A DNA stretch of 64,000 bases from Candidatus Sericytochromatia bacterium (GTDB lineage Bacteria > Cyanobacteriota > Sericytochromatia > S15B-MN24 > JAQBPE01), in the NCBI GenBank assembly GCA_040400605.1, contig JBBAPZ010000002.1:33476-97475 (forward strand). The letters run 5' to 3'. Below are positions 1-8,928 of this stretch, piece by piece. The notes under the pieces are model-generated. The model was not told the DNA's origin, made no database searches, and saw only the letters and a list, made by a program, of their open reading frames with translations. A program made the translations under genes and the position numbers. Every line of letters starts with the position of its first letter. The first letter of the stretch is position 1.

Positions 1-179
1 ATGATGTAAAGGGAAACGACCACGGTGATCAACGACATTGTCAGATTTGCGATGATCAAAATGTCGAGCAGCCAGGTGGGAACCGGCAAAATGAGAATAC
101 CGAGCACTGCGACCACCACCGCGGCCAGCGCCAGGTCGAAAGACAACTTGCTCGTCTGCGCAGTGCCGGCCATCGCCAC
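1..179 (-). CDS. flhA: Flagellar export gate protein FlhA, N-terminal part only (runs off the window)
   Basis: Not in the ORF track. Manual translation (GTG 179 or ATG 173): MAGTAQTSKLSFDLALAAVVVAVLGILILPVPTWLLDILIIANLTMSLITVVVSLYI, matching the FlhA/SctV TM1-2 pattern ILPxPxxLLDxLxxxN. GAGGT SD upstream. Confidence 0.85.
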   Translation of the reverse strand, partial: MAMAGTAQTSKLSFDLALAAVVVAVLGILILPVPTWLLDILIIANLTMSLITVVVSLYI

Positions 180-265
180 GGGTTCGGTTACCTCACGCCC
201 TTATCTGATTGGTGATCACCCACGCCCATCATAACGATTGAAGCACCGGATGGGCAAGACTTGGC

Positions 266-2110
266 TCAAACCGGCACACCCAAGCGCCGACGCAGTTGTT
301 GGGCAACGGAACGTTGCTGGAAAGCAGGCAACGTCGGCTGACCCTGAATCCTTTGCATCAAGTCATCCTGCATTTCAGGTGGAAGAACCGATAAGACCAT
401 ATCCGCGTAACCAGGATTCAAAGTACCGAGCACCGCTGCAGCCGTGGCGGGGCGCTCTTGCATCAACAGCTCCGCGACCGTATTGGGGTCAATCTGTTCC
501 AAAAAGCCGAATGCTGAATCGCCACCGCTGGCCTCTGGCACCTGCTGGGTCATCTCGGCTGGTGCAAAGCCCGCCAACGCATTCGGGTCAAAGGCGGGGG
601 GCATGCCGGGATCACCCAACGAATCCACCAATACGTCGGTCGTATCCTCCCTGCGAGACGCCATGCGAACCAACGCGAGCAAGAGGAATAGCACCACGAA
701 ACCAACCGCCGCACCAATGATCCAGCTGGTAGGTATACCGCCATCTTTTTTCTTGGCATTGCTGGCGGCTGCGGTTTTGCTCTGTTCCTGCTGCTCGAGC
801 AACTGTTTCAGCATGTCGGTTTGTGACGTATCAAAGGCGACGGGCTGTACCACGATTTGATCACCCCGGCCGCCGACATCCGCCCCAGCCGTGGCAGCAA
901 CAATCTGGACCAATGCCGGGACCCGTTCAAGGCTTAAACCTTGAATCAACGCCGTCACCGACATGCGCTTGACGGTCCCGATTTCTTCTTCGGTCAAGGT
1001 ATCGTTCATACTCCAGTTGCTGTGTTGGGTATTCTCATAAGTCTTTTCAAACCCGCCGCTTCCGCTGCCCTGGTTCGGCAGCGATTCGAGCGGGTAACCG
1101 GGCAATCGTGGCAGATTGCCGGTCACACCCGTAATGTTGCCTTGGGTCGCGCCCCCATTATTGGATTTCTCCGTGCTTTTGGTGGAATTTGCCGGATAGA
1201 CGCGACCTGTACCGTCAGCTGGGGGGGCAAACAGCCGGGTTTTAGTTTTCTTTTGGGTAAAGTCAAGGTCGACCGCGACGCGAACGACCGATTTTCCTGG
1301 ACCATACATTTTATCCAGCAAAGACTGCACCTTGACCTCGATGGCGGATTCCCGTTCGTGTGTGAGCATCATCTGGCGATCCAACGCTTTGGCCAACAGG
1401 CGATCCGTCACATCACCCGCATTTTCGGTCATGCCGTCGGACAGCAACTTTCCTTGGTCATTCACCACGGTGACATTGTTGGTCTTAAGTCCGGGAACGG
1501 AACTGGCCACCAGATGTTGAATGCCCTCCACCTGCGCCTTGCCCAGTGACTTGTTTGGACTTTGTCGCACCATGACCGACGCGGTGGTCGGTTTGCGTTC
1601 CTCGGTGAACAACTGGTCCTCGGGCATGTTGATTAAAACGGAGGCACTATCCACCCCGTCAATCTTGCGCACGAGTCGGGCCAATTCACCGTTCAGTGCC
1701 CGGTTAAACGCGACCTTTTTTTCAAAGTCGGTTGAAATGAAACTGTTGGGTTTGTCACCGAACAACTGCGAAAATCCGATATCACCAGCTTTCGGCAATC
1801 CCTTCAACGCCAATTTGATGCGCGCTTCATCCGCCTTGGCACTGGGTACGGAGACCGCTGTTCCATCATTGACGATGTGAACGTCAATTCCTCTTTCCTT
1901 TAATTCTGCTGCCGCCTCTCCAGCCGTTTGAGGCTCCATGTTGCGAAAAATGACCGTGTAGCCCGGCTCAGCTGACCCTTCAACACCAGACTTGATCGTA
2001 TTTTGATTGCCCCGCGGGATAAAATTGGCGCCTACTGCCACCACGAGCAACATCAAGAGCAGTACGACGACAGCTTTGCCCTGTGCGGATAGCTCCTGGA
2101 AGAAATTCAC
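266..2110 (-). CDS. fliF: Flagellar MS-ring protein FliF with a C-terminal FliG middle-domain-like extension
   Basis: N-terminal TM; GLPKAGDIGFSQLF, RALNGELAR, PTTASVMV and LVASSVPGL motifs; second TM; tail FGFLEQIDP...QERPATAAAVL resembles the FliG-M EHPQ region. Confidence 0.9.
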   Translation of the reverse strand: MNFFQELSAQGKAVVVLLLMLLVVAVGANFIPRGNQNTIKSGVEGSAEPGYTVIFRNMEPQTAGEAAAELKERGIDVHIVNDGTAVSVPSAKADEARIKLALKGLPKAGDIGFSQLFGDKPNSFISTDFEKKVAFNRALNGELARLVRKIDGVDSASVLINMPEDQLFTEERKPTTASVMVRQSPNKSLGKAQVEGIQHLVASSVPGLKTNNVTVVNDQGKLLSDGMTENAGDVTDRLLAKALDRQMMLTHERESAIEVKVQSLLDKMYGPGKSVVRVAVDLDFTQKKTKTRLFAPPADGTGRVYPANSTKSTEKSNNGGATQGNITGVTGNLPRLPGYPLESLPNQGSGSGGFEKTYENTQHSNWSMNDTLTEEEIGTVKRMSVTALIQGLSLERVPALVQIVAATAGADVGGRGDQIVVQPVAFDTSQTDMLKQLLEQQEQSKTAAASNAKKKDGGIPTSWIIGAAVGFVVLFLLLALVRMASRREDTTDVLVDSLGDPGMPPAFDPNALAGFAPAEMTQQVPEASGGDSAFGFLEQIDPNTVAELLMQERPATAAAVLGTLNPGYADMVLSVLPPEMQDDLMQRIQGQPTLPAFQQRSVAQQLRRRLGVPV

Positions 2111-2147
2111 CTGCTTACCCCGCCTGCGTGCTCACGTTACCGATGCA

Positions 2148-2489
2148 TCAAATCTGGGTCTGCAACAACTGATTGATTGACGTCGCGGCTTTGGATACAA
2201 CCGTCGATGTCACTTGCACCAGCACATCGGATTTGGCCACGGCGAGCATCATCGTGTGAACATCGACGGGCTTGCCGGCGGCGAAGTCCAGCGTGATTCG
2301 CTCTGCCGTCACTTTGCTCTCATTCACTTCCGTGAGGGCGTGTTGCAACGTTTCACCAAAGGAGCGCTCCCGGATGTCTTGCACGCCATCCAGTTCGGGG
2401 GCCCGCACGGAATGATCAAACTCGACTGAAAAAGCATCGAAAGGATCGATGCCGCCGACTCGTGACAAACCTTGAATTGATCCCACCAT
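2148..2489 (-). CDS. fliE: Flagellar hook-basal body protein FliE
   Basis: SFGETLQHALTEVN...GKPVDVHTMMLAVAKS...QTQI; sits between flgC and fliF; start moved to ATG 2489 after GAGGAG. Confidence 0.85.
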   Translation of the reverse strand: MVGSIQGLSRVGGIDPFDAFSVEFDHSVRAPELDGVQDIRERSFGETLQHALTEVNESKVTAERITLDFAAGKPVDVHTMMLAVAKSDVLVQVTSTVVSKAATSINQLLQTQI

Positions 2490-2525
2490 TGTGAGTCTCC
2501 TCGTCATTCCCCGATGGAAAAATGC

Positions 2526-2936
2526 TTACTTCCCAATTTCCATGGCCTTGTTCATCATGTTCTTGGCTGCGTTAGACACAGTAATATTGGCCTCAAAGGT
2601 GCGCGACGCTGCGATCATGTCAACCATTTCGTTGACAACGTTGACATTCGGCATTCGCAAAAAGCCACGCGCATCTGCATCAGGATGACCTGGATTGTAC
2701 ACCAAAGGAAAGGGACTTGGGTCTTTTTGAATACCAACCGCCTCCACGCCGCGACTGTCGGCGCCGAGTTCATTCGCCAACATCTCCGCAAAGACCGGCA
2801 CTTCCCGTCGATACGGTCCACCTTCCGCCGAACGGGTGCTGTTCGCGTTGGCGAGGTTGTTGGCGATACGCTCCAACCAAAAGCGGTTGGCGGTCATTCC
2901 ACTGGCGGCAATATCCATGACGTCACTGAGTGCCAC
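2526..2936 (-). CDS. flgC: Flagellar basal-body rod protein FlgC
   Basis: ANNLANANSTR, GGPYRR, YNPGHPDAD, MPNVNVVNEMVDMI. Confidence 0.95.
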   Translation of the reverse strand: MALSDVMDIAASGMTANRFWLERIANNLANANSTRSAEGGPYRREVPVFAEMLANELGADSRGVEAVGIQKDPSPFPLVYNPGHPDADARGFLRMPNVNVVNEMVDMIAASRTFEANITVSNAAKNMMNKAMEIGK

Positions 2937-2953
2937 TCGGTATCCCCTTATGC

Positions 2954-3367
2954 TTACTTCGCCTGCGCGATGGTTCGCAGGAGTTGGAAATCTTTGGAAA
3001 TGACGGCGGCAAGCGCATTGTATTTTCCGGCGTTCATTGCGAGTGCGCTCATTTCCAGTTCAACCGGCACCCGGTTGCCATCAATCCGCTGTGCCCCGTC
3101 ATTGGCACGCCCCAGTACCGGTTGCCACTTGAGCAAGGCATCGGCGTGTGATTTTGACGACATATCCGCATCGACATTGGCATTGGCATCAAACAATGCT
3201 TCTTGCTGGGTCAAGGCTTCGAGCAGGGATGCCTCGAAATTGACTTCTTGCCGCGCATAACCAGGGGTATTGATATTCGCGATGTTATTGGCGATCGCAT
3301 GAAGGCGCAAGCCCAAACCGTCCAGCGAGCGCTCAACGGCATGCATCATCGGCGAACTGATTTCCAT
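2954..3367 (-). CDS. flgB: Flagellar basal-body rod protein FlgB
   Basis: IANNIANINTPGY and RIDGNRVPVELEM; precedes flgC. Confidence 0.92.
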   Translation of the reverse strand: MEISSPMMHAVERSLDGLGLRLHAIANNIANINTPGYARQEVNFEASLLEALTQQEALFDANANVDADMSSKSHADALLKWQPVLGRANDGAQRIDGNRVPVELEMSALAMNAGKYNALAAVISKDFQLLRTIAQAK

Positions 3368-3376
3368 TGCCCCCCC

Positions 3377-4090
3377 CTACCACGAAATAAAGTCGTCAAT
3401 TGACTTTTTCTTGCCAAGTTTATGACGCAATTGCTCCAACGCCCGGCGATGGATCCGACTGACCCAAGACTCCGAAAGCCCCAACTTTTGACCAATCTCC
3501 GCAAATGACATGTGGTGAAAATAATAATAGCGCAAAGTCGTCCGTTCTTGAATCGGTAACTGTTCCACCGCCAGTCGCAAGATTTGTTGCAGTTCTTCCA
3601 GCTCCAGTTCGTGCTGTACCGTGTCAGACTTGCCGAGCTGTTTCAATAAATTGAAGTCTTCCCCGTCATCGCCACTTCCGGCCGGGGCATCCAGTGACAA
3701 AACGTACGAGTAAGTGATTTGTGTCACTTTGCTACTCAATGCGACGGCGTCACTGCTCGCTTCATGTTCCGCGTCGACCTCATCGGGCTGCTTGACCGTT
3801 TTGTTGGTCACGGTCGGCACTTTGGGCAAATTATCCAGAATGGCCCCTTTGATGTAATATGTGGCAAAGGTTTCGAACTTGACCCCCCGAGCGGGATCAA
3901 ATCGTTCTGCGGCGGCCATCAAGCCCATCACGCCATCTGACACCAAATCCTCAAGGTCATAGTGTCGCGGCAATCGCGTCGACAATCGTCGCGCGATTGA
4001 TCGGACCATTGGCATATACTTTTCGACCATGTCGGTTGACCGTGTCGATGTAACGGAATCCCCCGCCTCTGCAGCCTTTCTGGTCGTCAC
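3377..4090 (-). CDS. FliA/WhiG-family RNA polymerase sigma factor, atypical (region 3 apparently deleted)
   Basis: Region 2 DLEDLVSDGVMGLMAAAERFDPARGVKFETFA; LSLDAP; region 4 SFAEIGQKLGLSESWVSRIH. Confidence 0.85.
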   Translation of the reverse strand: MTTRKAAEAGDSVTSTRSTDMVEKYMPMVRSIARRLSTRLPRHYDLEDLVSDGVMGLMAAAERFDPARGVKFETFATYYIKGAILDNLPKVPTVTNKTVKQPDEVDAEHEASSDAVALSSKVTQITYSYVLSLDAPAGSGDDGEDFNLLKQLGKSDTVQHELELEELQQILRLAVEQLPIQERTTLRYYYFHHMSFAEIGQKLGLSESWVSRIHRRALEQLRHKLGKKKSIDDFISW

Positions 4091-4437
4091 TGGGCGCCTC
4101 CTTCCGGCGCCGTCACGCCAAGCCGAGCATCGAGCTGCGCATAGAGCGCATCTGATAGCGCATTGTTGCCACCCGAAGCCATCGCGCGCCCGGCTGACTG
4201 ATCGAACAGGTACATAAATGATTCGAGATCCGCGCCCCCGAACAGCCCGCCCTCCTCATCCGTCAACGTGGTCTGTCGCATCGACTCGAATAACTGCGAG
4301 TAGAGCAACGAAGAAAACTCGTCGCACTGTTGCCTCAACGCCTGCGCTTGTTCTTTACGGTCAGGCTTTTGGGGTCCCTCGGCGCGCAAGGGCATCCAGT
4401 TTGTCATTGAGGGAATGGAATACATCGAATCCGCCAT
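4087..4437 (-). CDS. flgJ: FlgJ-like rod-binding protein (no muramidase domain)
   Basis: LRQQCDEFSSLLYSQLFESMRQT...GLFGG...LSDALYAQL; follows flgI. Confidence 0.75.
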   Translation of the reverse strand: MADSMYSIPSMTNWMPLRAEGPQKPDRKEQAQALRQQCDEFSSLLYSQLFESMRQTTLTDEEGGLFGGADLESFMYLFDQSAGRAMASGGNNALSDALYAQLDARLGVTAPEGGAQ

Positions 4438-4451
4438 AGGTCACTTATACC

Positions 4452-5606
4452 CTAGATCAGCTCAAGTTGCGCATTCAACGCACCTGCAGCTTTAATGTTC
4501 TGGATGATGGAAATCATTTCGCGCGGTTTGACGCCCAGGGTGTTCAGCGCCTTGACCAGTTGTCCGAGGGTGGCACCGGATTGCAGCACCAGCGTTTTGG
4601 CGGGTTCTTCCATAACCGAAATGTTTGAGTTTCGAACGACGGTTGTCGTGCCCGTCGAGAAAGGCGCCGGCTGCGAGACGCTCGTTTTGGTCTCCACTTT
4701 GATGACCAGCGCACCGTGCGAGATCGCGACCGGATCGATGCGCGTGTTGGCGCCCATCACCACCGTGCCGCTGCGTTCCTCGATCACGACCTTGGCCACG
4801 TGATCCGGACGCACGGTTAACTGTTCGATGCGGGCGATGAGTTCGGGGACGCGATCGCGATAGGAGGACGTCACGTAACACTTTATCGTCCCTGCATCGA
4901 GCGGCGACGCCAATGCCAGACCACTCGCATTGATGGCTGCCGCACTGCGCGCACTGGTTGCAAAATCTGGATTCAACAGATTCAAGAAAAGATGTCCAGT
5001 CGCATCAACCACCGTGACGGGTACCTCACGCTCAACAATGCCACCATTGGGCACGCGTCCGACCAACACATTGTTTTTGGTCGTCGCGGACCCCGATGCC
5101 GTCGACTGAAATCCGCCTGTACTCACAGCACCCTGTGCCACCACGTAGGTGTGCCCATCAGCCGCACGCAGGGGTGACTGCAACAAGACACCATTGGTGA
5201 TGGCCCGCGCATCGCCGATGCTGGCCAAGGTGACATCCACTTGCTGGCCGGGCTTGACGAAAGGCGGCAGATTGCATGTGACCATCACCAAGGCTGTGTT
5301 GCGCGACAGAATCTGCCCTTGAAGTTCGGAAGGGGGGATGTTGTTGAGGCGTTGGATCACGTTTTCCAACGCACGATTAGTGACACGCATCTGCTGACTG
5401 TCACCCGTACCCGGCAAACCAACAACGAGCCCAAGACCCGTCACCTGGTTGGAGCGCGCCCCCTGAACCGTGGCCACATCCTTCAATCGGACCAATTCAT
5501 TGGTCGATGCCAACTGTGCCTGCGCGTGATTTGACTGCACAGCAAGCCAGCCAATCACAGCCAACCCAACCTTGAATTGCCAACTCTTCATTTCAAGGCC
5601 TTTCAC
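4452..5606 (-). CDS. flgI: Flagellar P-ring protein FlgI
   Basis: RLKDVATVQGARSNQVTGLGLVVGLPGTGD, AKVVIEERSGTVVMG, KAAGALNAQLELI; start may be ATG 5591. Confidence 0.95.
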   Translation of the reverse strand: MKGLEMKSWQFKVGLAVIGWLAVQSNHAQAQLASTNELVRLKDVATVQGARSNQVTGLGLVVGLPGTGDSQQMRVTNRALENVIQRLNNIPPSELQGQILSRNTALVMVTCNLPPFVKPGQQVDVTLASIGDARAITNGVLLQSPLRAADGHTYVVAQGAVSTGGFQSTASGSATTKNNVLVGRVPNGGIVEREVPVTVVDATGHLFLNLLNPDFATSARSAAAINASGLALASPLDAGTIKCYVTSSYRDRVPELIARIEQLTVRPDHVAKVVIEERSGTVVMGANTRIDPVAISHGALVIKVETKTSVSQPAPFSTGTTTVVRNSNISVMEEPAKTLVLQSGATLGQLVKALNTLGVKPREMISIIQNIKAAGALNAQLELI

Positions 5607-5609
5607 GTG

Positions 5610-6197
5610 CTACCACAGCCAGTTGAACAGCCGCGTCAACAAACCCGGCGTCGCTTTGGCCGTCGCTGGGCCCGAGCCTTTAACGTCCACGGTCATATCG
5701 GCCACCCGGCTACTCTCAATGCGGTTGTCTGGTGAGATATCCAGGGGTCGCACGATGCCGCGGATGGTGATGTCGGTGTCCTCGTCATTGACCCGGATGT
5801 GCTTCGTGCCGACAACCCGCAACGTGCCATTGGGCAGCAATTCTTCAATGCGTGCGGTGACATCCATCTGAATGCGGCCATTGCGACTGGTCGTCCCTCG
5901 GCCCTGAAAGTCGTCCCGTCCACGCACCTCGATTTGATTTCGGACCACCTGTGGAATCAAGGCGCCAAAATCCCAATCGCTGCGTATGCGTGCGTCTTTG
6001 CTGCGATCCGTCGACGCACCGGATTCTGCGAGGTTACGCTCTGTAACAACAATCGTGATGAGATTGCCAACGCCGAGGTAAGGGCGTGTGAAGCTGGTCA
6101 GGTTTTCATTTGGACCACCTTCCACATATAACGAATCTGCACTGGCCGCCCCAGACAAGTTCACGATGATTGCAATTACAAACGCCATCCATTTCAT
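5610..6197 (-). CDS. flgH: Flagellar L-ring protein FlgH
   Basis: VGNLITIVVTE, LPNGTLRVVGTK, GIVRPLDISPDNRIESSRVAD. Confidence 0.92.
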   Translation of the reverse strand: MKWMAFVIAIIVNLSGAASADSLYVEGGPNENLTSFTRPYLGVGNLITIVVTERNLAESGASTDRSKDARIRSDWDFGALIPQVVRNQIEVRGRDDFQGRGTTSRNGRIQMDVTARIEELLPNGTLRVVGTKHIRVNDEDTDITIRGIVRPLDISPDNRIESSRVADMTVDVKGSGPATAKATPGLLTRLFNWLW

Positions 6198-6943
6198 TGG
6201 CTACCCTCCAAATCCAGACTCACGCGATTCGGTGCTACCACGCGCGCCATGAATTCCACCTTTGACTCGGGATTCGACACTTTGATCAACTGCCCCATAA
6301 CCCCGTCCGTGCGCGCGATACCTTGCGCGATTACGGTCAAGTCTCCCGATGTGACCAAGACCGTGAGCGCATCGCCCGCTTTCACCATCCGCGCCAGGCG
6401 AAAAATCTTCGTTGTGAGTCGGGTGCCCATCGGGACCGCTTTTTGGAGTTCCAGCCCAACCAGTTGCTCAAGTTTGTAATTCCCCATGTCTGCCGTCTGC
6501 TTGATGACGTCTCGAACACTTCGGACATCCGCCTCAGTGAGCAAATGTCCGGCTTCCAGTCGCCGCGCGGCGATCAGCGCACTATGATACAGCGTCACGG
6601 ACAACTTGGGGAAAATCGTTCGATAGCGCTGTCCATCGACGAACACCTGAATCGCAACATGCCCCCGCCCGGCAAGGTTCACCCCTTTGGCCACTTCAAG
6701 CGTGACACGCCCTTCCGGTAACGTCGGCAACAAATTTGCAGCGCTAATATCCGCCCACTCGACTTCGACGTCCTGCCGCGGAAGCTGTAAACGCATCATT
6801 GCCGCGTCGCGAACGAGATCGATAATTTGACGTTCCGATACAGGAGCCGCGTTTGCGCACAACGCGCTCCCCCAAGCCAACCCGAATGCGACCAACGCCC
6901 AGATGCGGCTCACAAACACTCCCTCAATCGCTCCGCTCGTCAT
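6194..6943 (-). CDS. flgA: Flagellar P-ring chaperone FlgA
   Basis: Signal peptide, SAF domain, C-terminal GIARTDGVMGQLIKVSNPESK; true start may be GTG 6913 or 6919. Confidence 0.85.
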   Translation of the reverse strand: MTSGAIEGVFVSRIWALVAFGLAWGSALCANAAPVSERQIIDLVRDAAMMRLQLPRQDVEVEWADISAANLLPTLPEGRVTLEVAKGVNLAGRGHVAIQVFVDGQRYRTIFPKLSVTLYHSALIAARRLEAGHLLTEADVRSVRDVIKQTADMGNYKLEQLVGLELQKAVPMGTRLTTKIFRLARMVKAGDALTVLVTSGDLTVIAQGIARTDGVMGQLIKVSNPESKVEFMARVVAPNRVSLDLEGSQ

Positions 6944-6996
6944 GATACACGTTAAGGTGCCAAACGCGCGATCATTAACCCGTCAAATCACCGTTT

Positions 6997-7020
6997 ATTC
7001 CCGATTAGCCCTTGATTAAC
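6997..7020 (-). promoter_or_regulatory. Candidate SigB/SigF-type promoter for flgA (GTTAAT-N12-GGGAAT)
   Basis: Motif read on the minus strand across the flgG stop; same pattern occurs at several other gene starts. Confidence 0.45.
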
Positions 7021-7799
7021 TGGTTCGCCGACTCCATCATTTTATCAGACGACGAAATCGCTTTGGAGGCGGCATCGTAAGACTTTTGTGTTGTGATCAT
7101 CGTGACCATTTCCGTCACGATATCCACATTGGATGTCTCCAGCATGCCCTGCTTGATAAGCCCGCGTCCTTCCAACGCTGGTCGCCCGATGACAGGTTCA
7201 CCCGACGCGGGTGTCTGCTTGAGCAGGTTGTTGCCTGAGGCGGCCAGACCGGCTGGATTGGGGAAACGCGCGATGTTGATGACACCGACCTCTTCCTGTT
7301 CTGCCGACAACGGTCGACGCACCAGCACCAAACCATCCTCACGGATGTGGATATCCGTCGCATCGACCGGAATCTGAATCTGGGGAGACAGCAACAAACC
7401 CGTCGACGTCACGATGTTGCGCTGCGCATCCAATTTGAACGACCCATCCCGGGAGTAAGCCTGCGTCCCATCCCGTTCTTGCACAATGAAAAAATCATTG
7501 ACCAAACCGATGGCATTTTGAGAGTTGTCGATCGCCAAATGCAACGGGTTATTGGTTACCTGCAAGGAGCCATGCGAGTACATCCTGGTCGTCGCCACCG
7601 GGCGCACGCCCCGGCCGACTTGAGACCCCGCGTTCTCAAGACCGGGTTGATTCAACGTCTGGTAAACCAGGTCCTGAAAATCAACCATGCTCTTTTTGAA
7701 TCCCGTGGTGTTCACGTTGGCCAAATTGTTGGCGATGGTATCGATGCGCATTTGTTGCGCCTGCATGCCCGTCGCTGCCGTCCAAATTCCGTGAATCAT
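7005..7799 (-). CDS. flgG: Flagellar distal rod protein FlgG
   Basis: MIHGIWTAATGMQAQQ, ANNLANVNTTGFKK, FQDLVYQ, LETSNVDIVTEMV; start set at ATG 7799. Confidence 0.93.
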   Translation of the reverse strand: MIHGIWTAATGMQAQQMRIDTIANNLANVNTTGFKKSMVDFQDLVYQTLNQPGLENAGSQVGRGVRPVATTRMYSHGSLQVTNNPLHLAIDNSQNAIGLVNDFFIVQERDGTQAYSRDGSFKLDAQRNIVTSTGLLLSPQIQIPVDATDIHIREDGLVLVRRPLSAEQEEVGVINIARFPNPAGLAASGNNLLKQTPASGEPVIGRPALEGRGLIKQGMLETSNVDIVTEMVTMITTQKSYDAASKAISSSDKMMESANQLIKG

Positions 7800-7865
7800 T
7801 CTTTTGCTCCTCAAGCGCCCACGCGACCTGATTATGTCCCAGTCACACGCCCAAGACTGTGACAC

Positions 7866-8600
7866 TTATTGCACGCGACCCAATTCGTTGGCCACTTTGT
7901 TGAGTAAATTGTCCTGGGTGGTGATGGCTTTTTGACCAAACGAGAACGCCCGATTACCCGTCATCAGCGCAACCATCTCGGTCACCACGTTCACGTTGGA
8001 GCCTTCGAGATAACCTTGCTTCACCTGAAATGCATCCGTTGTGACAGGCGCGAAACGCGCGCTCACCGGAAAATTGCCCGCACCCGGATTTGGTGCATCA
8101 ACCACTTTCAATCGCCCCACTTGAGCGTTCCCCGAAAAAATTGTCCCGTCTTCCCGGATGCGAAACTCACCACCGGTCAGCGTGTTGATACGCAAAGGGT
8201 TGCTGTCCACCCCAAGTATCCGTTCACCTGTTTGTGTCGCCAAAAATCCGGCCGCGTCCAAAATGAAGTCGCCATTGCGTGTGGCCTGCACCCGACCATC
8301 CGCAGCCAGTGTCTGAAAATAACCGTTTCCGGAAATGGCCACGTTCAAGGGGTTTTGCGTGCGTATCAATGCCCCTTGGCTCTCGTGTCGGGCCGTGCCG
8401 ACAACCCGCGTGCCCAGCCCCACCCGGTCACCGGCTTGGAGATGCTCGAAACGGGTTACATAGTCGCCAAAACTTTCACCAACCAACATCGTGCGCTTGT
8501 AGCCAGGCGTACTGATGTTGGCCAAGTTTGCAGCCCCTTCCACGACAGCGGTGGCCTGGAAATTCATGCCTGATGCCGCGATGTACATTCCCTTTAACAT
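7866..8600 (-). CDS. flgF: Flagellar rod protein FlgF (FlgF/FlgG family)
   Basis: ANLANISTPGYK, TRNGDF, QGYLEGSNVNVVTEMV; directly upstream of flgG. Confidence 0.85.
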   Translation of the reverse strand: MLKGMYIAASGMNFQATAVVEGAANLANISTPGYKRTMLVGESFGDYVTRFEHLQAGDRVGLGTRVVGTARHESQGALIRTQNPLNVAISGNGYFQTLAADGRVQATRNGDFILDAAGFLATQTGERILGVDSNPLRINTLTGGEFRIREDGTIFSGNAQVGRLKVVDAPNPGAGNFPVSARFAPVTTDAFQVKQGYLEGSNVNVVTEMVALMTGNRAFSFGQKAITTQDNLLNKVANELGRVQ

Positions 8601-8606
8601 GCCGGT

Positions 8607-8918
8607 TCAACTCCCCTTGTTTTTCTTCATCAAACGCCCCAGTCCCGTCGGCAACGGCTCATCCAGTCCGAGTATGAAATCCAGCACCTGCTCGCAGGCA
8701 GGAACAAGGACGGGGGGCACACTGCCTTCCGTATTTGGCGCGGACACATCCAGTTTTTTGCCACCCGCCGATGGCGATCGCTTGGGAATCAGAAAACTGA
8801 TTTCCCCGGGCGGCGCATTCGGATCCAGGCGCACGGCAAACGGGTCATCCTCACGCGCCGTCCCTGCATCACCTTGCCGTCGCTTGCCACTCGAACCGGT
8901 CCGGTCTTGTTCGCTCAC
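8607..8918 (-). CDS. Small protein resembling a degenerate stand-alone FlhB C-terminal domain (YlqH/FlhX-like)
   Basis: GTG 8918 with GAGG SD. FAVRLDP resembles AVALRYD and VPPVLVPACEQVLDFILGLD resembles IPxELYxAVAEVLAFVYxLD. Follows the fliK-like gene. Confidence 0.55.
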   Translation of the reverse strand: MSEQDRTGSSGKRRQGDAGTAREDDPFAVRLDPNAPPGEISFLIPKRSPSAGGKKLDVSAPNTEGSVPPVLVPACEQVLDFILGLDEPLPTGLGRLMKKNKGS

Positions 8919-8928
8919 ATCACGTTCC

